From assembly GCA_041649175.1 (NCBI GenBank), contig JBAZNR010000003.1:143449-207448 (forward strand): DNA of 64,000 nt. The letters run 5' to 3'. Origin of the DNA: Candidatus Omnitrophota bacterium (GTDB lineage Bacteria; Omnitrophota; Gorgyraeia; Zapsychrales; JBAZNR01). Below, one piece after another: positions 1-8,473 of the stretch. Position 1 is the stretch's first letter, and each line of letters starts with the position of its first letter. Position numbers and translations under genes: made by a program. The notes beneath the pieces were generated by a model. That model had not been told where the DNA came from. It worked only from the letters and a program-made list of their open reading frames with translations, and searched no databases.

Positions 1-399
1 ATTCCGCGCGCGGCGCTTTTAGCCGACAAAATGGCGGAAGCGGCCGAGTTCTTTTCGTTCGGGACCAATGATCTCACGCAGATGACTTTTGGTTTTTCGC
101 GTGATGATATAGGCGGTTTTCTTGGCGAGTATCTTGAAAAACGTATTTTACCCGAAGATCCATTCCAGTCCATTGATTTGGCTGGCGTTGGGCAACTCAT
201 AGAGTACGGCGTCCAAAGAGGGCGTTCGGTGAAAAAAGACCTCAAAGTCGGTATCTGCGGTGAACACGGCGGAGATCCTGCTTCCATTGATTTCTGTCAT
301 AAGGTTGGCATGACGTATGTCAGCTGTTCGCCTTACCGCGTTCCGATCGCTCGCTTAGCATCTGCGCAAGCGGTGGTTAACAATAGAAAGAAAAAATGA
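1..399 (+). CDS. ppdK: Pyruvate, phosphate dikinase, C-terminal PEP-utilising domain (5' end outside window)
   Basis: Frame 1 is open from base 1. It contains [19 protein letters not shown] and [37 protein letters not shown], typical of the PPDK C-terminus. Stop at 397-399. Confidence 0.8.
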   Translation: MPRAALLADKMAEAAEFFSFGTNDLTQMTFGFSRDDIGGFLGEYLEKRILPEDPFQSIDLAGVGQLIEYGVQRGRSVKKDLKVGICGEHGGDPASIDFCHKVGMTYVSCSPYRVPIARLASAQAVVNNRKKK

Positions 400-1223
400 C
401 CGATTCCGTAAAGGCATATCTTAAAGACATCAGGCATATTCCGCTTTTGACGGCGAAAAGTGAGATCGAACTCGCCAAACGGATCAAGAAAGGCGAGGTG
501 GAGGCTCGAAACGAGATGATCCGTTCGAACCTTCGCCTCGTCATTAGTATTGCCAAAAGGTATATGAATTTAGGTATCCCTTTTAACGATCTTATTGAAG
601 AAGGAAATATCGGATTGATGCGCGCGGTGGATAAATTTGATCCCAGAAAAGGGTTTCGATTTTCCACGTACGCGGCCTGGTGGATCAAGCAGGGGATTTC
701 CCGCTCCATTATTGATCAGGGAAAGATGATCCGCATTCCGGTTTATATGAATGAAGAAATATTCAAATGCAAAAAAGTGACCGAGGCGTTGACGCACAAA
801 TTAAAACGCAAGCCGCGCGCCGGGGAGATCGCTAAAAAACTTAAAGTGAGCGTTGATAAAGTGCGCGAACTTAATAACTGGATCACCAAGATGTCAAGCT
901 TGGAGGCGCCCATCGGCGAAGACGGTGAAGGCCAAGTCAAAGATATGATCGAAGATGACAGCCTGGCCGCGCCCGATGAAGAGCTGGACGAATTTTTTAA
1001 CAAAGAGCGCGCCGCGGATTTACTGAAGATGATGAGCGAACGCGAGCGAGAGATCCTGGAGATGAGATTCGGCATTACCGACGGGACAAGCCGTACCTTA
1101 GCCGAAATCGCCAAAAAAATGGGTGTTTCGCGCGAACGCATTCGGCAGGTGGAAGCCGCTGCCTTAAAAAAATTACGCAAAATCCTTAAACAACAAGAAA
1201 GGGTAAAGAAAATTGAAGAATAA
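396..1223 (+). CDS. RNA polymerase sigma factor, sigma-70 family (regions 2, 3 and 4 present; short form)
   Basis: Region 2 motifs: [41 protein letters not shown]. Region 4 HTH: [32 protein letters not shown] overlap with the ppdK stop. Confidence 0.85.
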   Translation: MTDSVKAYLKDIRHIPLLTAKSEIELAKRIKKGEVEARNEMIRSNLRLVISIAKRYMNLGIPFNDLIEEGNIGLMRAVDKFDPRKGFRFSTYAAWWIKQGISRSIIDQGKMIRIPVYMNEEIFKCKKVTEALTHKLKRKPRAGEIAKKLKVSVDKVRELNNWITKMSSLEAPIGEDGEGQVKDMIEDDSLAAPDEELDEFFNKERAADLLKMMSEREREILEMRFGITDGTSRTLAEIAKKMGVSRERIRQVEAAALKKLRKILKQQERVKKIEE

Positions 1224-2085
1224 AAAAAGAAATCAAACCTTTGCCTTGGTGGTGCCCCGATTTGAAGATATCTTTCATTCATTTTACGCCGGAGAGATCA
1301 TTAAAGGCGTTGGCCTGGCCGCCAGCCGTCTTAAGGTCGACATCTTGATGCATATCACCGATCGTTTTGATCATCACGAGTGGATGGATTCAGCCATGAT
1401 GGATGAAGATTATGTGGACGGGATTATTTTCGCGGATATCAATAATGATGTCACGATGTTGCGGCGGGTGATCAACAAGGGTATGCCGTATGTTGTCCTT
1501 AATAATACTTTCGTTGAGCCGATCAACTGTATTTCCATTGATAATAAAAAAGCCGCTATTCAGGTTGTGGAATATTTGATCCGCATGGGACATAAAAATA
1601 TCGCGACCATTGCCGGAGACCTTTCGACGCAAGCCGGAAAACAGCGTTTGGAAGGATATAAGGAAGCCTTGACGCTTCACGGCATAAAGTTGATGGAAGA
1701 ATATTTAACCACCGGAGATTTTTTAAGGACTCCCGCGCGCAAATCTGCCGAAAAACTCCTTAAGCTTAAAAACCGTCCCACCGCTATTTTTGCCGCCTCC
1801 GATGTTATGGCGCTGGAAGTTATCGATGAAGCCAGGGCGCAAAAGATCAAGGTCCCCGAAGAGCTTTCTGTGGTCGGTTTTGATGACAATCCGCTAAACG
1901 TCTATAGCCCTATCAAGCTGTCAACGGTGGCACAGCCTCTAGTCGAGATGGGCCGTTTGGGTGTTGAACAATTAGGCCAGATCATCGCCCGGACCGTTAA
2001 AATTCCCTTAAAGACAACTTTGGGAACTAAATTCATGGAGCGCGATTCGACCGCTGTTTTGCCAAACGCAGATTTTAATAAATAG
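1213..2085 (+). CDS. LacI/PBP-type-I-like sugar-binding domain protein with no recognisable N-terminal HTH
   Basis: Resembles the LacI-family ligand-binding core (AIFAASDVMALEVIDEARAQKIKVPEELSVVGFDD). The ORF start overlaps the sigma gene, leaving no room for a DNA-binding domain. Confidence 0.55.
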   Translation: MKNKKRNQTFALVVPRFEDIFHSFYAGEIIKGVGLAASRLKVDILMHITDRFDHHEWMDSAMMDEDYVDGIIFADINNDVTMLRRVINKGMPYVVLNNTFVEPINCISIDNKKAAIQVVEYLIRMGHKNIATIAGDLSTQAGKQRLEGYKEALTLHGIKLMEEYLTTGDFLRTPARKSAEKLLKLKNRPTAIFAASDVMALEVIDEARAQKIKVPEELSVVGFDDNPLNVYSPIKLSTVAQPLVEMGRLGVEQLGQIIARTVKIPLKTTLGTKFMERDSTAVLPNADFNK

Positions 2086-2108
2086 CGAAAAATAAAAAGG
2101 GGAGGCCA

Positions 2109-2630
2109 ATGCGTAAATCTGAACTTAAAAAATGCATTCGCGATATTCCTGATTTTCCCAAGCCCGGAATTATTTTTAAAGACATCACCACGCTTCTTCA
2201 AAACAAAGACGCCTTCAAAAAATCCATCGATCTGATGGCTAAACAGTTTAAGAATGAAAGCATTGATTGCGTGGTGGCGGTTGAATCCAGAGGATTTATT
2301 TTTGGAGCGGCTTTAGCGTATAAGCTAAAAACTGGTTTTGTCCCGGTGCGCAAAAAAGGAAAACTTCCCTTTAAAACAAAAAGCATGACGTATCAATTAG
2401 AATACGGCACAGATTCTTTGGAGATCCATGAAGATGCCGTTACGCCGCAATCAAAGGTTTTGGTTGTGGATGATCTTTTGGCGACCGGAGGAACGGTTAA
2501 AGCGGTCACGGATCTTTTAAAAGAGCAGGGCGCTCAAATTGTCGGCATCGCTTTTCTTGTTGAATTGGGTTTTTTAAAAGGCAAAGAGAAGCTAAAAGAA
2601 TTTCCCATCTATTCTCTAATAAGGTTTTAA
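2109..2630 (+). CDS. apt: Adenine phosphoribosyltransferase
   Basis: Full-length match to the Apt pattern (DIPDFPKPGIIFKDITTLL, VLVVDDLLATGGT). RBS AAAAGGGGAGG upstream. Confidence 0.9.
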   Translation: MRKSELKKCIRDIPDFPKPGIIFKDITTLLQNKDAFKKSIDLMAKQFKNESIDCVVAVESRGFIFGAALAYKLKTGFVPVRKKGKLPFKTKSMTYQLEYGTDSLEIHEDAVTPQSKVLVVDDLLATGGTVKAVTDLLKEQGAQIVGIAFLVELGFLKGKEKLKEFPIYSLIRF

Positions 2631-2634
2631 TAGA

Positions 2635-2670
2635 AATTGAGCCGCAGGCATATATGCCTGCGGCTCAATT
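2635..2670 (+). terminator. Perfect palindromic hairpin downstream of apt (aattgagccgcaggcata/tatgcctgcggctcaatt)
   Basis: 16-bp inverted repeat read directly in the sequence. The U-tract is weak, so it may act bidirectionally. Confidence 0.55.
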
Positions 2671-2707
2671 TCCCTAGTATCAAAAATCAAGGCTTCCCCC
2701 ATTTATT

Positions 2708-4960
2708 ATGTTGTCTAATTTTTCGTTTCACAAAAAATTATTTGTCCTATTAACAGCCGCTTTTCTGATAGCGGTTGTTTTTTTGCCGTACAGCTCCGTT
2801 TTAAAAAATGGACCTGTCCACTTAGGCGATGAGGCGCATTTGACGACGTTCACTTCTACCATCGAGAATAAGATCCTGGGAAACGATCTGTTCTTGCAGC
2901 ACGCGGGCAGCCTTGCTTTGCACAGCGCGATTGTTCTTTTGATATTCTTTTTTCTTTTGCGTTGTCTGAAGCTTCCGATCGGCGCGGCGACGATAGCGGC
3001 TTTGCTATTTGGGCTTCACCCTATTCATGTAGAACCGGTAGCTTGGGCTACCGGCCGCAAAGATATTTTGTATTCCTTATTTTATTTAGCCGGACTGTAT
3101 TCGTACTGGCGGTATTTGGAAACAAGAAAACGATCGCTTTACGCGTGGACGATCGTTTTTTGTGTTTTAGGCATGTTCTCGAGCCCAATGGCGTTCAGTT
3201 TTCCGTTTATTTTGCTTTTATGCGATTGGCTGTTCGGGCGAAAGATGACGCGAGATGTTCTATTTGAGAAAATTCCGTATTTTCTTTTTGCTATTTTTGT
3301 TTTTGGGATAACGCGTTCCTTTAAATTCTTTGTCCTATCAGAAGCGGGGAACTTAACTGAGATCGTTCTCGTTTGGGTTTGGGCTCTGGTATCTCATCTT
3401 CGCCATTTCTTTTTTTCGTATCTTTTTGTTCCGGTTTATCCCGCACCGCAACCAATTTCACTGTTTAATCTAAGCTATGCTTTTTCGATAGCGGCTTTTT
3501 TGTTGTTCGCTCTAGTTATTTTTATTTTCCGAAAAAATAAGTGGGTCGTTTTTTCTTTTGGATTTTATGCTTTATCGGTATTGTTTTCTCTAAAAATTAA
3601 ATACGCGCCGGATGACATTATTATTTCTAACCGTTTTATGTATTTGGCGAGTTTGGGATTTTGTATTTTGATCGGTGTTTATTTTGAGCAGGTTATGGGG
3701 CGCGCGAGAAATAAGGGGGGTATTATTAAACGCGCGGCTTGGTTTTTGCTCATCTCTTTCTTCCTCGTGCTATCCGCTAAAACATTTTTTCAAACACGGA
3801 TCTGGAAAAACAGCGAAACGCTCTGGAGCTATCAGCTGCGCCATTTTCCTAACACGCCGGCTGCCTTAGTCAATCTTGCGAGTTTAAAAAGCAGCCGGTC
3901 AAAGTTTGATGTTGGCGAAGTAATTGCCCTGTATGAAAAAGCTATCGTTGTTTCGCCAACGTATACGCAAGCCTATTATTGTTTGGGCAATTTGTACAAG
4001 GATATTCACGAGTATACCAGGGCGGTGACGGTTTATCGAAAGGTTTTAGCACTTGATTCAAGCTACAAAGACACTAATTTTAACTTAGGATGGATTTATT
4101 TGGAAATCGGGCAGGTTTCTGATGCCATTTTGGCTTTTGAGAGAGTTATTGCGCAAGATCCCCTGAACGAACAATCCTATATGGATGTCCTGGGGGCTTA
4201 TTTTAAAGTCATTAAAAAAGGGCAAAATGATGCGCGATACAAAGAGGCGCAAGCGAAAGTGGCTAATGCTTACATTTATCTTATCCAAAAAAAATCTCCG
4301 GCCGCGGCGTCCTATTTTAATCTAGGCTATATTTATGGAGAACAGGGAGACTTGAAGACAGCCATTGATTTCTACAAAAAAGCCTTGGAGATCAACCCTC
4401 AGTATGCAAAAGCGCTTTATAATTTAGCCAATGCGTATACGGATATGGAGTTGTATAATGAGGCGGTTAATCTTTACCGAAGAGCCATTAAAATTGATCC
4501 CAAGAATAGTGATGTTTATTTGGGTCTGGGAGTTGCCTATACAGCGCTCGGCAATCATCAGGAGGCCGTTTCTTGTTACAAAAAAGCTATTGAGGTCAAC
4601 CCGAGTAATTCAAACGCCTATTTCAACTTGGCATTTAGCTATGAGACAACAGGGCAAATCCGGGATGCGATTGAAAATTACAAGAAAACAACAGAGATCG
4701 ATCCTGCCCATGCGGAAGCCTATTATAATTTAGGGAACTTGTATGTTCACTTAGGGATGACCGAAACTGCCGTTAAAAACTATGAAAAAGCCATTGAGGT
4801 CAGCCCGGAGCATTTGAACGCCTTGATCAATCTCTCTATTGTTTATTCGCAAGAGGGGGAATTTGCAAGATCACTTGAGTATTGTAAACGGGCCATGGCT
4901 TTAGGCTATGAGCCGGAAGCAGAATTCTTAAGGATTTTGAAGGAAAAAACCGGGAATTAG
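2708..4960 (+). CDS. Integral membrane protein with C-terminal TPR-repeat array
   Basis: The N-terminal ~380 aa is strongly hydrophobic with multiple TM helices. The C-terminal half holds tandem 34-aa TPR units (AYYNLGNLY, ALYNLANAY, AYFNLAFSY and similar). Confidence 0.8.
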   Translation: MLSNFSFHKKLFVLLTAAFLIAVVFLPYSSVLKNGPVHLGDEAHLTTFTSTIENKILGNDLFLQHAGSLALHSAIVLLIFFFLLRCLKLPIGAATIAALLFGLHPIHVEPVAWATGRKDILYSLFYLAGLYSYWRYLETRKRSLYAWTIVFCVLGMFSSPMAFSFPFILLLCDWLFGRKMTRDVLFEKIPYFLFAIFVFGITRSFKFFVLSEAGNLTEIVLVWVWALVSHLRHFFFSYLFVPVYPAPQPISLFNLSYAFSIAAFLLFALVIFIFRKNKWVVFSFGFYALSVLFSLKIKYAPDDIIISNRFMYLASLGFCILIGVYFEQVMGRARNKGGIIKRAAWFLLISFFLVLSAKTFFQTRIWKNSETLWSYQLRHFPNTPAALVNLASLKSSRSKFDVGEVIALYEKAIVVSPTYTQAYYCLGNLYKDIHEYTRAVTVYRKVLALDSSYKDTNFNLGWIYLEIGQVSDAILAFERVIAQDPLNEQSYMDVLGAYFKVIKKGQNDARYKEAQAKVANAYIYLIQKKSPAAASYFNLGYIYGEQGDLKTAIDFYKKALEINPQYAKALYNLANAYTDMELYNEAVNLYRRAIKIDPKNSDVYLGLGVAYTALGNHQEAVSCYKKAIEVNPSNSNAYFNLAFSYETTGQIRDAIENYKKTTEIDPAHAEAYYNLGNLYVHLGMTETAVKNYEKAIEVSPEHLNALINLSIVYSQEGEFARSLEYCKRAMALGYEPEAEFLRILKEKTGN

Positions 4961-4972
4961 TAATAGCTTTAT

Positions 4973-4992
4973 GCGCCTGTAGCTCAATTTGG
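4973..4992 (+). repeat. Orphan 5' fragment of a tRNA (acceptor and D-arm) duplicating the start of the downstream tRNA-Arg
   Basis: ttatgcgccTGtagctcaatttgg here versus ttatgcgccCAtagctcaatttgg at 5402-5426. No matching 3' acceptor strand (CAGGCGC) follows. Confidence 0.5.
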
Positions 4993-5107
4993 TTCCGACG
5001 CTCCGACTTTTAAGCGATTTATAAATAGGAAGCGTCGGAGGCCGGAATCCCGACTTCCTAAAATGTTTTAACAGGGAACGTCGGGAATAGAGCAATTGAA
5101 AAACAGT

Positions 5108-5392
5108 ATGGCCTACATTTACATTTTAGTGAGTCAAAGTAGCGGAAAATATTATATTGGCTGTACGGCCGGAGACATTGAATCAAGAGTCCGGAAGCAT
5201 CAGCGAGGGGAAGTTTCATTTACGAAGCGTAATTTACCCGTTAAGTTGGTTCTGGCGCAAAAGTGTTCTAATATGCTCATTGCTCGGGCGGTAGAAAAGA
5301 AAATTAAAAGCCTAAAGAGAAAAGATTACATAAGCAGGATGGTTTTGGAAGGAAGAATCAAGATTTTGGATCGATATTTGAAAAGTGAATAA
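5108..5392 (+). CDS. GIY-YIG nuclease superfamily protein (YhbQ/UPF0213-like small protein)
   Basis: N-terminal AYIYILVSQSSGKYYIGCTAGDIESRVRKHQRG fits GIY-(10-11 aa)-YIG with the downstream conserved R and H. An in-frame TTG at 5096 is an alternative start. Confidence 0.75.
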   Translation: MAYIYILVSQSSGKYYIGCTAGDIESRVRKHQRGEVSFTKRNLPVKLVLAQKCSNMLIARAVEKKIKSLKRKDYISRMVLEGRIKILDRYLKSE

Positions 5393-5406
5393 GTAGATAG
5401 CGTTAT

Positions 5407-5481
5407 GCGCCCATAGCTCAATTTGGATAGAGCGCGGCTCTCCTAAGGCCGTTGTTGGTGGTTCGACTCCACCTGGGCGCA
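5407..5481 (+). tRNA. tRNA-Arg (anticodon CCT)
   Basis: Hand-folded cloverleaf. Acceptor GCGCCCA/TGGGCGC, D-arm GCTC-AATTTGGATA-GAGC, anticodon stem CGGCT/GGCCG with loop CTCCTAA, T-arm GGTGG-TTCGACT-CCACC, discriminator A. Confidence 0.88.
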
Positions 5482-5827
5482 TTTATTTTTTTAGCAGCAC
5501 AGGAGACCTGTATCAAAATTTTACCATTTTTCCTGAATTGTGCCTAATGGCTGCAAAACACTATGGTTACAAAAATTCTTTAAAAAAATGTTGACTCTGC
5601 ACAGCAACTATGGAAAAATGACAATACTTACTTAACCCAGAGATGATTTCAATCTGACACGAAAGGAGGGGATGGACAAAAGCCGTCGGAGGTCATCAGA
5701 TATCTGGAATTGAATCGATAAATACTAGACCATTATAATAAAACTAGATCAACCTATATAGCACAACAGCAGTAAAGCAGTACACAAAGTATCATAACGA
5801 AAGTTAACTCTTAAGGAGGAAACACAA

Positions 5828-7264
5828 ATGAAGAAATTATTATTAGCCGTGTTAGTGGTCGCTTTAGTGGCCATGCCGGCATTTGCCAGCGTGCAAAACG
5901 TTAAGGTCAGTGGTTCCATTAACTCCACCTACCTTAATCGTGATCAGTTTGATTTCGGCAGTACTGCCGGTCAAGTTGGTTGGGAACAGTCACTTTTACT
6001 TACCCAATCAACGTTGCGTGTTGATGCCGATTTAACCGACAATGTTTCAACGACCGTTAAATTGCTCAACGAAAGAGTTTGGGGCGAATCGGATGTTTCT
6101 TCTCCCGATGATGCCAACGACATCGATATCAATTTAGCCTATGCCACCATGAGAGAAATGCTTTATTCTCCCTTGACTGTTGTTATCGGTCGCCAGGAGC
6201 TCTTTTATGGTAATGGCTTAGTTATCGGTAACGGTACTAACAACGTTACAGGCCAAGGTGGTCTTAATGGCGTTGCTGAAGATCTCGCCATGAATACCGC
6301 ATTCGATGCCGTTAAGTTGATCCTTAACTATGATCCTCTGACCATCGATGTTGTTGCTTCCAAAGTTGATAGCAATGTTTCATTAGGTGCCGGTGAGATT
6401 AAAGATGATGTTAATCTTTTCGGTACCAATGCCAATTATAAACTTGGCGACAGCAAGAATACCGAAGTGGAAGCGTATTTTTGGACCAGAGTTGATAATT
6501 CAACTGCAGCAGCTGCTGCTGGTTCTAAGGCTGATACCGTTTACAACCCAGGTCTTCGCGCCAGCACCAATCCTATCAAGGGATTGAATGTTCAGGGCGA
6601 AGTTGCTTGGCAAAGAGGTAATAAAGCTGAAACAGTTGCTGGTGGTGTTCGTGATAATCAACAAAGAGAGGCTATGGCCGCTCAAGTTATCGCTAGCTAC
6701 GCCGTTAGCCATGATTCAGTGGCAAAATGGAACCCGGTTCTTAGCTCATGGTTTACCTATCTATCAGGCGATAACGATGGCATGACAGCGAGTCTCAACC
6801 CATCAACAAAAGAAACATATACCGCATGGGATCCTATGTTCGAAGGTCAAGCGGGTGGTACAATTTACAACACCTTATTTGACTATTCAAACGTTCGTCT
6901 CGTGGGTGGGTCTTTGCAGGTCAATCCTATGCAAGACGTAACCCTCAAGGGTACGGTTACCGGCCTCTGGTTAGATAAAGATCTCGATCAGATAAGTACG
7001 GGAGATGGCAATGGATCTGCGGCAAGCGTATTACGTCAACCGGACGGAACGTTCTCAACATTGAACGTTACCAGCAATCGTCATCTCGGTAATGAGTTTG
7101 ATGTTGCCTTGATGTATGATTACACCGAAGATGTCCAACTTGGTTTAAATGCCGGCTGGTTTTTCCCTGGTGCTGTGTTTGTAAACGCGTACGGCCACAA
7201 TGGTCTTGATGACAATCATCAAATGGCTTCACAGTTGATTGCCAACGTGAATGTAAACTTCTAA
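5828..7264 (+). CDS. Secreted beta-rich protein, probable outer-membrane beta-barrel/porin
   Basis: Signal peptide (MKKLLLAVLVVALVAMPAFA). G/N/T/S-rich amphipathic composition. C-terminal VNVNF ends in Phe as in outer-membrane beta-barrels. Strong RBS AAGGAGGA and a ~340-nt leader. Confidence 0.65.
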   Translation: MKKLLLAVLVVALVAMPAFASVQNVKVSGSINSTYLNRDQFDFGSTAGQVGWEQSLLLTQSTLRVDADLTDNVSTTVKLLNERVWGESDVSSPDDANDIDINLAYATMREMLYSPLTVVIGRQELFYGNGLVIGNGTNNVTGQGGLNGVAEDLAMNTAFDAVKLILNYDPLTIDVVASKVDSNVSLGAGEIKDDVNLFGTNANYKLGDSKNTEVEAYFWTRVDNSTAAAAAGSKADTVYNPGLRASTNPIKGLNVQGEVAWQRGNKAETVAGGVRDNQQREAMAAQVIASYAVSHDSVAKWNPVLSSWFTYLSGDNDGMTASLNPSTKETYTAWDPMFEGQAGGTIYNTLFDYSNVRLVGGSLQVNPMQDVTLKGTVTGLWLDKDLDQISTGDGNGSAASVLRQPDGTFSTLNVTSNRHLGNEFDVALMYDYTEDVQLGLNAGWFFPGAVFVNAYGHNGLDDNHQMASQLIANVNVNF

Positions 7265-7288
7265 TTGATTTAAAATTAGGAGTTGTTT

Positions 7289-7328
7289 TAAAGGCGCCCC
7301 GATATTTTGTCGGGGCGCCTTTGTTTTT
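7289..7328 (+). terminator. Rho-independent terminator after the porin gene
   Basis: aaaggcgccccga-tatttt-gtcggggcgccttt followed by GTTTTT. GC-rich 13-bp stem plus a U-tract. Confidence 0.85.
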
Positions 7329-7372
7329 GGCTGCCTTTTATCCGCATCTGCCATCTTGTTTAAAAGGCAGCC
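7329..7372 (+). other. Second stable hairpin (12-bp stem ggctgcctttta/taaaaggcagcc)
   Basis: Read directly in the sequence, immediately 3' of the terminator. Confidence 0.5.
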
Positions 7373-7485
7373 AACCCCGATGAGTGCAGCGAAATTATTG
7401 AAAAGAATTTCGCTGTAGCTGACGAATCGGGGTATCTTGGCCTTGTTTCCTGTTCCCACAATGTTTTTAATCACCCCCGTTATTT

Positions 7486-7522
7486 CATTGCGCAAAATTA
7501 TTAAAAATAATTTTGCGCAATG
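7486..7522 (+). promoter_or_regulatory. Perfect 17-bp inverted repeat with 3-nt spacer (cattgcgcaaaattatt-aaa-aataattttgcgcaatg)
   Basis: Checked by hand as an exact reverse complement. Lies in a 560-bp intergenic region upstream of the 7828 gene. Could be an operator or an RNA hairpin. Confidence 0.45.
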
Positions 7523-7827
7523 AAACAGAGCACGGGGGTTATTCATTTTCCTCTAATAAAAGCGAGGTAAAAATTGCCCCATCATTTTATTCCTCGAAAT
7601 TATTTTCAACAATTTCTCGGAACAAAATAAAACATGGGGCTTACTCGCTTTTTCCCAATAAAAATCCTGGTAAAGCTCGTAAAATAATCACAAATAATAT
7701 TTGCATTTAGTATTTTTCTGCTATGATAAAAATTAAGAGAAAAATACTACATCTTGTGGTATTTGAACAGATTAAGGCTTAAGTAAAACTATTCGTATTT
7801 TTAAAGAAATAAGGATTTCCGACGCAG

Positions 7828-8403
7828 ATGACCAAAGATGAGATTTATGAGCATTTAGCTCAAGTGTATCTCGGCAAGCAAAAGAAAATTGACAAGAAAA
7901 GAAAGCGCTCGTTAAAGCCGAAGGTATTAATTCAGGGAATTGTTTTAGTTATTCTTTTGGGCTCATCCTTTTACGGTCTTACCGCATTCTTTTCCAAAAA
8001 AAATACTTACACACCGACGAGCATCATCTTCGCGCTTAACAATAGCCCCATCCGCGTTAAGTATAATTTTAATCAGCCGTATCCGCAGCGAGAAGACTTT
8101 GCGCTTCCTATTCCAAAGATTGACGCCACCAAGTATAAAAAAATAAACTTTTCTATTCGCGGTACCGATGATGGTTTTCCGGGGATCGTTAAAGTCGTTT
8201 TGCGCAACCGCAAAAATGAAAATTCTTTTTATTTTGTCCAGAATGTCGGCCTCAAATGGCAGAAGCTTAGTATTCCCTTGGAAGAATTTAGCGCTATTAC
8301 GGACTGGACAAATTTACGCGATATCTCCTTTGTTTTAGAATCTTGGAATGTTGAGCGTAAACGAGGGGCCGTACTGATCGATGAGATTTGTTTTACGAAT
8401 TAA
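7828..8403 (+). CDS. Hypothetical membrane-anchored protein with a C-terminal beta-sandwich (CBM-like) region
   Basis: Basic N-terminus, a single TM helix (VLIQGIVLVILLGSSFYGLTAFF), then a beta-rich domain ending LIDEICF as in some carbohydrate-binding modules. Family not firmly recognised. Confidence 0.55.
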   Translation: MTKDEIYEHLAQVYLGKQKKIDKKRKRSLKPKVLIQGIVLVILLGSSFYGLTAFFSKKNTYTPTSIIFALNNSPIRVKYNFNQPYPQREDFALPIPKIDATKYKKINFSIRGTDDGFPGIVKVVLRNRKNENSFYFVQNVGLKWQKLSIPLEEFSAITDWTNLRDISFVLESWNVERKRGAVLIDEICFTN

Positions 8404-8423
8404 CGGTCTGACCCTAAGACCGT
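8403..8423 (+). terminator. Short hairpin (acggtct-gacccta-agaccgt) after the 7828 gene
   Basis: 7-bp stem with a weak T-tract. May attenuate rather than terminate. Confidence 0.35.
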
Positions 8424-8473
8424 TTATAAGATAAATTAAAAGCGAAAGACTTACTAAAAGGAGGATCAAGAAT

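Noticed and set aside
377-1282. Minus-strand track ORFs (377..709, 570..797, 743..1282) antisense to ppdK and the sigma gene
   Set aside because: They lie fully inside strongly motif-supported + strand genes, have no RBS and show no family resemblance. They are antisense frame artefacts.
2962-4733. Internal + strand ORFs (2962..3267, 3675..3869, 4431..4733) within the TPR membrane-protein gene
   Set aside because: They are alternative frames of a well-supported 750-aa CDS. No independent signals.
4971-5483. A tRNA interrupted by a group I intron carrying the GIY-YIG ORF
   Set aside because: The downstream tRNA-Arg folds as a complete uninterrupted cloverleaf. The upstream fragment stops in the D-loop, and no matching 3' acceptor strand (CAGGCGC) exists.
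5670-5712. Possible 13-codon leader peptide (MDKSRRRSSDIWN) in the porin 5' leader
   Set aside because: Preceded by AAAGGAGGGG. A single tiny ORF with no conservation information cannot be supported from sequence alone.
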